From an uncultured Rhodothermaceae bacterium (GTDB lineage: Bacteria > Bacteroidota > Rhodothermia > Rhodothermales > DASSAV01): a DNA stretch of 47,276 bases. The notes below the pieces were generated by a model, which ran no database searches, was not told the origin of the DNA, and saw only the letters and a program-made list of their open reading frames with translations. Shown piece after piece: positions 9,789 to 17,993 of this stretch (within the stretch, counting starts at the first letter, position 1; each line of letters begins with the position of its first letter). The position numbers and the translations under genes are program-made. Where the stretch lies: assembly GCA_965365465.1 (NCBI GenBank), contig CBDUBU010000003.1, forward strand, positions 1 to 47,276, in the 5' to 3' direction.

Positions 9789-10970
9789 CTAGACGTTGCC
9801 GCTTTCGAAAGGGTTATCTACCAGTAGCCTCGCCGTGACGGAATCACAGACCAGTTTACCGTGATCCGTTAACCGGATCACGCTGTTTCGTATGGAGTAA
9901 ATGTAACCTTCAGATTCAAGCCATGCCAGTTCATCAATTTTTTCGACGAGAAGATCAATGCCGTAATTGTTTTCCAGATGGTCAAGGTTCAGACCGTCTG
10001 AGGTGCGAAGACGCAGCATGATGTATTCGTCAGCCAATCTATCAAAGCCAAGCGTTTCCCTGAAATCGACAGGGCGCCGACCCTGTAAGAGAAGCGATTC
10101 ATAACTGCGTAAGTTCCGCACGTTGGCCCAGCGATAGGCGCCGGGCTGCGGGAGGGGCCTCCGCCAGAATGAGTGGGCTGACGGCCCAAATCCCAGATAA
10201 TTTTTGTGTTGCCAGTAAGACTGGTTATGTTGAGACCGGTATCCGGGGAGGGCATAGTTCGAGATTTCGTAATGATCGTAACCATGCCGGCGCAAGTAGT
10301 CCAGGGTAGAGAGAAAGCGATCTGCGACTAGTTCGTCATCCGAAGGTGTCACGATGCCCCGCTGCACTTGTTTCCAGAGAGGCGTTCGTTCCTCGACCGT
10401 AAGACTATATGTGGAGAGGTGGGGCGCTCCGAACTGAATAGCTTTTTCGAGGTTTGCCGTCCAGTGTTCTTCAGGTTGGCCGGGGATGCCAAAGATGAGG
10501 TCGATCGTGTAATTTGTAAATCCTGCCTGCCTGACCATTGGAATAATAGCCTCGGCCTGTTCGGCGGTATGGCTCCGGTTAAGAAAGCTGAGATCTTGTT
10601 TGAAAAAGGACTGAATCCCGATGCTGAGGCGTTCAATTTCAAGAGAGCGTAAGCCGTAAAGGTATTCTAGGTTGATGTCCTCAGGATTCAGTTCAAGCGT
10701 TATCTCCTCAAGAGCCGACGTGTCATAATGGGTATAAATAGTCTGCAGGATACGCTGGAGTTCGTCCAGGTTCAGAAGGGAAGGCGTTCCGCCTCCAAAA
10801 TAGATGGTCTCGATGGGTTCGACCGATCCATACTTCAAGGCATAGTATTCCAGTTCAGCGCAAAGCGCCTGCACAAAAGTCGTATGAGCTTTCTGCGTTG
10901 TGACGAAGTAGAAGTCACAGTAGACGCAGCGTTGGGAGCAAAAAGGTATGTGTATGTATATTCCCGCCAA
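9789..10970 (-). CDS. hemW: Radical SAM heme chaperone HemW (HemN-like)
   Basis: YIHIPFC-x3-C-x-YCDF, YFGGGTPS, HYEISN, HNQSYW, YLGFGPSAHS; TTG start. Confidence 0.92.
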   Translation of the reverse strand: MAGIYIHIPFCSQRCVYCDFYFVTTQKAHTTFVQALCAELEYYALKYGSVEPIETIYFGGGTPSLLNLDELQRILQTIYTHYDTSALEEITLELNPEDINLEYLYGLRSLEIERLSIGIQSFFKQDLSFLNRSHTAEQAEAIIPMVRQAGFTNYTIDLIFGIPGQPEEHWTANLEKAIQFGAPHLSTYSLTVEERTPLWKQVQRGIVTPSDDELVADRFLSTLDYLRRHGYDHYEISNYALPGYRSQHNQSYWQHKNYLGFGPSAHSFWRRPLPQPGAYRWANVRNLRSYESLLLQGRRPVDFRETLGFDRLADEYIMLRLRTSDGLNLDHLENNYGIDLLVEKIDELAWLESEGYIYSIRNSVIRLTDHGKLVCDSVTARLLVDNPFESGNV

Positions 10971-11177
10971 AACAGAACTATAAGATTGTCAGTTAGAAGA
11001 AAGGCATTACATCGGCCTCGCGCCGACTATCGACGGAAGCCGGCATGGAGACAGTATAACGCATTGGAGTTCCGGATGTCGCGCTCGCCTTCTCAGTATT
11101 ACCCGTTACTATCCGGTAGTATGGTCACGGTGGATTTGGGCAGAACGTCGTGCGCCCCGTGTTTCAGGTAAGGCATT

Positions 11178-12341
11178 ATGCTTGATATCAGTCGCCTGCA
11201 TGAGCAGTTTTCCGAGTTCAGCACCTATCAGGTGCAGGAGTATCAGCGTTATGCTGCAATGCTCAAGGAGGCGCTGGCAGTGCTTCGGGTCATAAACGAA
11301 AACTGGGATAAATCAAACAAGTATGTAGTTTCGGCCCGGTCGGGATCTCTTATTGCCCAAATGCAAGAAGCGCCTGCAACGGCGCACGCCGGCGAGAACC
11401 GTCCTACGCCGGTTACGGTCGTGGCAACAGATGGTTCACAGATTTATCCGGATCGTCACTTCGAGCCGACCTGTTACCTGCTAAACATAAGCCGCATTGC
11501 TTTTCAGTATGGCACCCAGGAACGGCCGCTCATGGAAGCACTGCCTCAGTTCGGGTATCGAAGTGCGGATTTACAGGAATGTCTTGATGAGTACCTTGAA
11601 GTTGCTACCGCAGACGTGGTATCAGCTATTCGGGACGAATGTGAATTGCGCGCGCTTCTGGATGTGGCAAAGCAAACTCGAGTGGCCGGGCGCCCCATTG
11701 TGGCAGTTTCCGACGGCACACTGATCCGATGGATGTTGCGTGGAATGAGGAATCGGGCGTTGGAGCAGAATCTTATCGCGCGATATACAGAAATACTAAA
11801 AGGCTTCAGAGACGAACACGTCCCTCTGTGCTCTTACATAAGTATGCCGGGCAACACAGAAGTTATTAACCTGATAAGCGCATTTCACAAGGCCAATGGC
11901 TCAAAGACGGCAAGTGAAAACGTTTTTGCAGGCATCGTTGATCGAAAAATTTTTGAGCAAATACTGGAGCCGGGAGAGCGTTCTGCAATTTTCGAATCGG
12001 CCTCCCACATTCAGCGTGAATATGACCGGGAAGATCGCATATGTTATTTCTACTTGCGTGTCATCTCTCGATCAGGCAGTTCTGAAATAGGGCGGGTTGA
12101 ATTTCCGCAATGGGTAGCTGAAGATTCGCGGTTTGTGAACTTGGTGCATTCGGTTGTTTTGAGTGAGTGTGAAAAGGGAGACGGATACCCTATGATCTTA
12201 TCAGAGGCTCACGAGCAGGCAGTGATCCGAGCGCGTGAGCGTGAGCTTTTTTACCAGCTTGTCGAACGCAAGATGATGGACTCCGGGATTGTTTATGAAG
12301 GATCCCGCAAGGCAGCGTCGAAGCGCAGACCGATTGTGTAG
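11178..12341 (+). CDS. nurA: NurA-family nuclease
   Basis: ATDGSQIYP, SDGTL, RVEFPQW, GYPMILSEAHEQAVI; catalytic D, D and H appear intact. Confidence 0.85.
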   Translation: MLDISRLHEQFSEFSTYQVQEYQRYAAMLKEALAVLRVINENWDKSNKYVVSARSGSLIAQMQEAPATAHAGENRPTPVTVVATDGSQIYPDRHFEPTCYLLNISRIAFQYGTQERPLMEALPQFGYRSADLQECLDEYLEVATADVVSAIRDECELRALLDVAKQTRVAGRPIVAVSDGTLIRWMLRGMRNRALEQNLIARYTEILKGFRDEHVPLCSYISMPGNTEVINLISAFHKANGSKTASENVFAGIVDRKIFEQILEPGERSAIFESASHIQREYDREDRICYFYLRVISRSGSSEIGRVEFPQWVAEDSRFVNLVHSVVLSECEKGDGYPMILSEAHEQAVIRARERELFYQLVERKMMDSGIVYEGSRKAASKRRPIV

Positions 12342-12368
12342 CGGCCTTTTATATTTGATCTGGAACAC

Positions 12369-13376
12369 ATGCAAAACGCGCCGTCGGTTGCGCTTCGCCT
12401 TGAGGCTATCACAAAACGATTCGGGCCAGTCGCCGCTGTAGACGGCGTGTCGCTTGAAATTCAGCCGGGAGAATTCTTTTCCCTGCTTGGTCCTAGTGGA
12501 TGCGGAAAAAGCACGTTGCTCAGGATCATTAGCGGTTTCGAAAAACCCGATGCCGGGCGGGTATATATGGATGGCAGAGATGTTACTTCGGCTCCACCGC
12601 AGAAGCGACCGACGGCCATGGTTTTTCAGAACTATGCGCTTTTCCCCACAATGACGGTAGGCGAGAATGTAGCATACGGGCTGCGGGTGAGAAAAGTGGA
12701 GCGCAGGGAGCGGCTGCAGCGCGTTGCGGAAACGCTGGCGCGTGTGGATCTAGCGGGCTTTGAGAAGAAGCCGGTTACGTTGCTTTCAGGGGGGCAACAA
12801 CAGCGCGTAGCGGTGGCGCGTGCGCTGGCTGTCCGTCCTGGTTTATTGCTGTTCGATGAGCCGCTTTCAAACCTCGACGTGGCCCTTCGTGAACAGACGC
12901 GCCACGAACTCAAAATGCTCCAACATCAACTTGGCACAACCAGCGTTTATGTTACACACGATCAGCAAGAAGCTCTGGTTTTGTCAGATCGCCTTGCGAT
13001 CATGCGAGCGGGTATTTTAGTGCAGGTTGGAACTCCTTCCGATCTCTATGAGCAGCCGCAAACAGCTTTTGTGGCTCGCTTTCTGGGAAGCAACGTGGTG
13101 AGAGACAGGAGCCTCATGCATTCTTTAACGAATGGGCAGGAGCCTCCGGACGGCCATGTGTTGTCTATACGTCCCGAGCACATTCGCCCGGCTCCAAACG
13201 GAGGAGCCCCGGCAAGACTTCAGGCGCGTCAGTTTCTTGGACCTTATTCAGAATGGTGGGTAGAAGTGGAAGAACAGATCATCAGGGCCTGGGTAGACCC
13301 TCGCGCTGAGGGCAACGAGCATGTCCGTATTGAAGCTGCACACTACACCTGGGTAAGGGAAGATCAGGAAGAATGA
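12369..13376 (+). CDS. ABC importer ATP-binding subunit (PotA/FbpC-like)
   Basis: GPSGCGKS, VFQNYALFP, LSGGQQQR, DEPLSNLD, YVTHDQ; C-terminal TOBE-like region. Confidence 0.92.
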   Translation: MQNAPSVALRLEAITKRFGPVAAVDGVSLEIQPGEFFSLLGPSGCGKSTLLRIISGFEKPDAGRVYMDGRDVTSAPPQKRPTAMVFQNYALFPTMTVGENVAYGLRVRKVERRERLQRVAETLARVDLAGFEKKPVTLLSGGQQQRVAVARALAVRPGLLLFDEPLSNLDVALREQTRHELKMLQHQLGTTSVYVTHDQQEALVLSDRLAIMRAGILVQVGTPSDLYEQPQTAFVARFLGSNVVRDRSLMHSLTNGQEPPDGHVLSIRPEHIRPAPNGGAPARLQARQFLGPYSEWWVEVEEQIIRAWVDPRAEGNEHVRIEAAHYTWVREDQEE

Positions 13377-13474
13377 GAGGCAATTCTGCTCGCATACGCG
13401 ATCTGGACGGAAATTGAAATTGCTCGGTGTGCAAGGGGCACAGGTATTCCGGTCATTACTTCGGGAGATGGATT

Positions 13475-14803
13475 TTGGAAAGCCGATTCAAGATATTTTC
13501 TGATCCCGTCCACGGGTTCATTTCTGTACCCAAGAATTTAATTCTCGATCTCATTCAGTCCCCTGAGGTGCAGAGACTGCGCCGTATCCGGCAGCTTGGC
13601 GTCGGTTACCTTGTTTTTCCAGGCGCTGAACACACCCGTTTCGGGCACGCGCTTGGCGCAATGGCTCTCATGCAGGACACGTTGACAAATCTGACTGAAA
13701 AAGGAACTCCTGTCTCTGCGGATGAGGCGACCGCAGCAATGGCTGTCGCGCTCCTTCATGATATCGGACATGGGCCTTTTTCGCATACCCTGGAGCACGC
13801 GCTCATATCCGAGTTTCATCATGAAGATATGAGCCGGGTTTTGTTGATGCGCCTGAACGACCGGTTTCAGGGCGCTCTTAACCTCGCAATACGTATGTTC
13901 GACGATACGTATGAACGGCCATTTTTTAACCGCCTTATCTCCAGTCAACTTGATATGGATCGGCTGGACTACTTGCGACGAGATTCCTTTTATACAGGTG
14001 TCGTAGAAGGGGAGGTGGGCGTTGATCGGATACTCAAGACCTTGCGCGTGCATCCTATTGAAGGGGGCATTGATTCACGAATCGTAATTGAATCAAAAGG
14101 AATCTATGCAGTAGAAAATTTCCTCATTTCCCGTCGCCTGATGTATTGGCAAGTATACCTTCACAAAACCGTGCTGGCAGGCGACCAACTGCTTCGGGCA
14201 ATTTTCCGAAGGGTTCGACTGCATCTGGAGAAAGGGAATCGTGAAGTGGAAGAGCGTGCATCCTCTGCGCTTCTGTTCTTCCTGCGTCGCCAGATTACAG
14301 GCAAGGATCTGGGGAGGTCTGATGTTTTGGAGGCATTTTGCAGTCTTGACGATACCGACGTGCTGTTCAGTTTAAAGCAGTGGATGAAGAGTAATGACAG
14401 GGTCCTTGCCGACCTGTGCCGACGCTTCATCAATCGGGACTTTTTTCGGGTGACATTTCTTTTGGGAGAAACAGACACGCTTCCCGTGTGGCGAAGTAAG
14501 GTGGCATCGTGGCTTGTTTCAAAGGGGTTGAGCACAACTGATCGGGCAGACGAAGATGCTGGTTTTTACCTGACCCTGGATCGCTCGCGTCATTCGGCCT
14601 ATGAGCGTATAGAAAACTCGATAGGGGTTATTGACCGAAATGGGAAGGTGAGCGAACTTTCGGAGACAGCCGATACCTCCGCTGTAGTTGCGTTGACACG
14701 CTTTGTGGTAAAGCCGTACCTGTGCTATCCCAAAGAAGTGGACATTGAAAAAGAACTGGAGCAGGAAAAATATTCAGGAGGAGCAGCCGGCGCTGCCGGA
14801 TAG
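13475..14803 (+). CDS. HD-domain phosphohydrolase (SAMHD1/YwfO-like)
   Basis: DPVHG, QRLRRIRQLG, HTRFGH, HDIGHGPFSH, DMDRLDY, MYWQVYLHK; probable TTG start at 13475 after GGGAGA. Confidence 0.9.
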   Translation: MESRFKIFSDPVHGFISVPKNLILDLIQSPEVQRLRRIRQLGVGYLVFPGAEHTRFGHALGAMALMQDTLTNLTEKGTPVSADEATAAMAVALLHDIGHGPFSHTLEHALISEFHHEDMSRVLLMRLNDRFQGALNLAIRMFDDTYERPFFNRLISSQLDMDRLDYLRRDSFYTGVVEGEVGVDRILKTLRVHPIEGGIDSRIVIESKGIYAVENFLISRRLMYWQVYLHKTVLAGDQLLRAIFRRVRLHLEKGNREVEERASSALLFFLRRQITGKDLGRSDVLEAFCSLDDTDVLFSLKQWMKSNDRVLADLCRRFINRDFFRVTFLLGETDTLPVWRSKVASWLVSKGLSTTDRADEDAGFYLTLDRSRHSAYERIENSIGVIDRNGKVSELSETADTSAVVALTRFVVKPYLCYPKEVDIEKELEQEKYSGGAAGAAG

Positions 14804-14817
14804 CTCCCATAGATGTA

Positions 14818-15000
14818 TCAAGAGGAGGAGAGCACGGCTGCTTCCGTAGTGACAGGCGAGACAGGAGCCTCAACGGAGCGATCTGAATTCATTGTTGAGG
14901 CTACCAGGGAAGTAAGAATGACGAGTGTACCCAGAATAAGCGCAAGCGCCAACGCGGCTATTCGCCGGATACGGAGGTATTCCAGATTGTATCGCAGCAT
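14818..15000 (-). CDS. Small single-pass membrane or secreted protein
   Basis: Basic N-terminus plus hydrophobic helix IAALALALILGTLVILTSLV; fills the gap; promoter-like elements upstream. Confidence 0.55.
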   Translation of the reverse strand: MLRYNLEYLRIRRIAALALALILGTLVILTSLVASTMNSDRSVEAPVSPVTTEAAVLSSS

Positions 15001-15053
15001 GAGCGTAAACCGGTTTTATGGGCTGTCTGGATCGTTTGTAATGAAGGTAAGCT

Positions 15054-15081
15054 ATTATAATCTTACCCGGTATCGGCGCAA
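15054..15081 (-). promoter_or_regulatory. Candidate sigma70 promoter for the small ORF
   Basis: Minus strand TTGCGC (15081-15076), 16 nt spacer, TATAAT (15059-15054). Confidence 0.4.
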
Positions 15082-15166
15082 ATCTATTCCTGCTGTAGGA
15101 CGTGGAGAAGGAGGAGTGTAGTCGTTTGTCCTACAACAAGGCGCAAGGCTTGTCAATGGGTGCAGG

Positions 15167-15808
15167 TTATTCGACGAGGTGGTTCAATATCGCGTAGCGC
15201 GTCAACTCAGCGTTACTTTTCATGTTCATTTTCTCAAGCAGACGGGCGCGATACGTGCTGATCGTTTTGACGCTAAGGGAAAGTTTGTCAGCGATCTCAC
15301 TTACCGTCTTCCCACTGGCGATCAAGCGGAGCACCTGGAATTCCCGATCCGACAAGTCTTCATGAGGGAGGCGCTTTATCCCGGAACCGATCTCGGCAGC
15401 AAGTCTTTCTGCTACGGCAGGACTTACGTACTTGCCTCCTGACGCTACCTTCCTTATGGCATCCACCAGGGAATCCGGCGCTGCATCTTTACTCAGGTAG
15501 CCGGCAGCTCCTGTCTTCAGAACGCGGATAGCATACTGATCTTCAGGATACATGCTGAGAATCAGAACCGGCAAACCCGGACTGATGGCGCGGAGTTGAG
15601 CCAGGGTTTCAAGGCCGCTGCCTTCCGGCATGGAAAGATCCATGATAACGACATCCCAAGTGTTCTCCGCTACCCTCGTTAGCGCATCACGGCCGCCTGA
15701 AGCTTCTCCAGCTACACGGATGTCGGGGGTCTCGGCCAGGATTTGTCTGAGCCCTTCGCGGAAGATACTGTGGTCATCGACCACCAGTACATGGATCATA
15801 AGGGGCAC
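15167..15808 (-). CDS. NarL/FixJ-family response regulator (REC + LuxR HTH)
   Basis: VVDDH, MDLSMP, GYLSK, LSDREFQVL, LSVKTISTYR. Confidence 0.95.
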   Translation of the reverse strand: MPLMIHVLVVDDHSIFREGLRQILAETPDIRVAGEASGGRDALTRVAENTWDVVIMDLSMPEGSGLETLAQLRAISPGLPVLILSMYPEDQYAIRVLKTGAAGYLSKDAAPDSLVDAIRKVASGGKYVSPAVAERLAAEIGSGIKRLPHEDLSDREFQVLRLIASGKTVSEIADKLSLSVKTISTYRARLLEKMNMKSNAELTRYAILNHLVE

Positions 15809-15846
15809 GGCTCAGGATAGGAGGGAAAACACGACGAAATCCGATG

Positions 15847-16416
15847 CTACTGCTCATCGAGAATATAGATGTCTGACAGGTTTCTACCCAACTGCCCATA
15901 GTCAAGCCCGTAACCAATTACAAATAAGTTAGGAATGCGGAAGCCGATATAGTCGAGTTGGACATCTATCTGTGTTGCTTCGTACTTGTGGAGAAGGGTT
16001 GCCACCCGAATGGAAGCGGGAGCGTACTCATTCAGGCGGTTAAGAATGAACTGCATGGAGAGTCCCGTGTCCACAATGTCTTCCACGACGATAATATCCC
16101 TGTCTCTCAAATCGGCGTCGATTTTCTTCAGTTCATATACCTGACCGCTGGAAACCTTGCGTGCTCCATAAGAAGACAGTTTCAGGAAATCGATTTCGCA
16201 GTCAATGTCGATGGCGCGCATCAGGTCGGAGATAAACATGAAAGCTCCGTTAAGCACTCCAATGAGAATGGGAGTTTTCCCAGCGTAATCGCGGCTGATT
16301 TCGCTGCCTAAGTGGTCGATGCGCTGTTTGAGCGTTTCCCGGTCCAGATAGATGCGAAAGCGCTCGCCGCGACAGATGATGATGTCCTCTGAGGGAGCAA
16401 GATTGGAAAGTGGCAT
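15847..16416 (-). CDS. hpt: Hypoxanthine phosphoribosyltransferase
   Basis: GVLNGAFMF, VEDIVDTGLS, FVIGYGLDY. Confidence 0.96.
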   Translation of the reverse strand: MPLSNLAPSEDIIICRGERFRIYLDRETLKQRIDHLGSEISRDYAGKTPILIGVLNGAFMFISDLMRAIDIDCEIDFLKLSSYGARKVSSGQVYELKKIDADLRDRDIIVVEDIVDTGLSMQFILNRLNEYAPASIRVATLLHKYEATQIDVQLDYIGFRIPNLFVIGYGLDYGQLGRNLSDIYILDEQ

Positions 16417-16530
16417 AGCTGGCTCGGGATTAAAAGATGCAGAATAACCGGCTACGGGGTTAGCCTGTTGCGCGTAAGTCTATAAAACTACACCACGCAG
16501 GAATTTTAAAGAAGTGCTCTGCCAAAAGCG

Positions 16531-17928
16531 TTACGGATCGACGCAAGGAATATACGTGATCTTTGCAATAGAGCCGGTGCTTTCAGTGATACGCACCGTG
16601 TCCGCAATGCGGCGGCCCACTACCCACACGATTTCATCTCTCGAACAAAGCACAAATACCCTTTTACGAGAGCGGGAAGGGACTTTTTCATCGGTGAGAA
16701 AATCGCTCACCTTTTTGGAATGCAACATTCCAAGAGGTCGAAACCGGTCGCCGTCTTGCCACGGGCGCGCCAGCAGGGGAAATGAAAGCATAGCAGCATC
16801 CATATAGGCAACGAGAGGCGTTCCGGCGTCAAGAGCGTCAGGAGCGTACGGCAGAAGCTCTACGGTGATTATTCCGGATTCAATGTCGATCTGCTCATCT
16901 GGTCCAACAACAGCGGCAGCGCCCCTTGAAATGTTCGTCAGGGGGCGATTCTGGAAGACGATCTCGGTTCGTTCACGAAAGACGATTCCGGGTCCAACCA
17001 GTTCCAGGCGTCCTGTCTGACTGAATCGCAGTGCAGAAATTCTTTCGGCGACCAATGCAGATTTTTCAGCTTCGGGGATCCAGCGCCGCAGGCCCTCCAG
17101 AATCACGCGATTTCGCCAGACGGCAGGCAAGGAATCCAGATAGGCAATGTCGAGTCCACCGCTTTTTTCGCCTATTGCTCTGCTGCACGCTTTCATGTGG
17201 ATGCGAAGCTGGGTGCGCAAGGAGGTGGAAACATATTCGCGCGTCAGGTTAGCAGCCTGCGCGATGTTTCGGACAGCTCCATTCCCAAAATGTGCTGCAA
17301 TGACAGGTAGGATTTCCCGGCGAATTACATTTCTCCGGTATTGTAAACTGGCGTTGCTGCTGTCTTCACGCCACTGCAATGCGTTCGCTTTTGCGTAAGC
17401 TTCCAGGTCGGAACGAGGGGTTTCCAGCAAGGGACGCACCAAGCGAACATCTGCGCCGGAGACAATAGGGCGAGAGACAGGCATACCGGCCAACCCTTCC
17501 ACGCCGCTGCCTCTCAAGAGATTAAGCAGGACGGTTTCTATCTGATCGTCGCGATGGTGCGCCACCGCGACCCCCTGTAGCCCCTGGCGCCGGGCAATCT
17601 GGTGGAAAAACGTGTATCGCAGTATACGTGCGCTTGCCTGGATAGACTTCTTATGGATTTTTGCAAATGCTTTGGCATCCAGTGTGGCTGCCTCAAAAGG
17701 GAGCCGCATCGAAGCGCATAACCGCAGCACAAGCTGTTCATCCGCCTCCGATTCCTCCCCGCGGAGTTTGTAGTTGATGTGTATAACGAGCGGAGCGTAT
17801 CCGAGACTTACGAGAAGATGAAGCAGCACTACAGAATCAAGCCCGCCGCTTACGCCTACGGCGATGCGATCAGCAGGCTTGATAAGCTGGTGCTGTGCTA
17901 TGAAACACGCAACCCTGTCGCCAAGCAT
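16531..17928 (-). CDS. tilS: tRNA(Ile)-lysidine synthetase
   Basis: SGGLDS PP-loop, AHHRDDQIET, RPLL, EDSSN, RNVIR, C-terminal GDRFRPLGM...KKVSDF; start likely ATG 17928. Confidence 0.95.
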   Translation of the reverse strand: MLGDRVACFIAQHQLIKPADRIAVGVSGGLDSVVLLHLLVSLGYAPLVIHINYKLRGEESEADEQLVLRLCASMRLPFEAATLDAKAFAKIHKKSIQASARILRYTFFHQIARRQGLQGVAVAHHRDDQIETVLLNLLRGSGVEGLAGMPVSRPIVSGADVRLVRPLLETPRSDLEAYAKANALQWREDSSNASLQYRRNVIRREILPVIAAHFGNGAVRNIAQAANLTREYVSTSLRTQLRIHMKACSRAIGEKSGGLDIAYLDSLPAVWRNRVILEGLRRWIPEAEKSALVAERISALRFSQTGRLELVGPGIVFRERTEIVFQNRPLTNISRGAAAVVGPDEQIDIESGIITVELLPYAPDALDAGTPLVAYMDAAMLSFPLLARPWQDGDRFRPLGMLHSKKVSDFLTDEKVPSRSRKRVFVLCSRDEIVWVVGRRIADTVRITESTGSIAKITYIPCVDP

Positions 17929-17993
17929 GGGATGTACCCTGATGCGGTGCTCTTCAGAGAGAAAGGCGGTCAGCGCCGTTCGCAAACCACTAT

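Noticed and set aside
11178-14803. Calling nurA-ABC-HD an anti-phage defence system
   Set aside because: No defence-island context or mobility genes. The ATPase is an ordinary importer type and the HD protein resembles a housekeeping family. Kept only as a lead.
14813-15121. 102-aa + strand ORF
   Set aside because: Antisense to the more protein-like 60-aa TM ORF and has no recognisable features.
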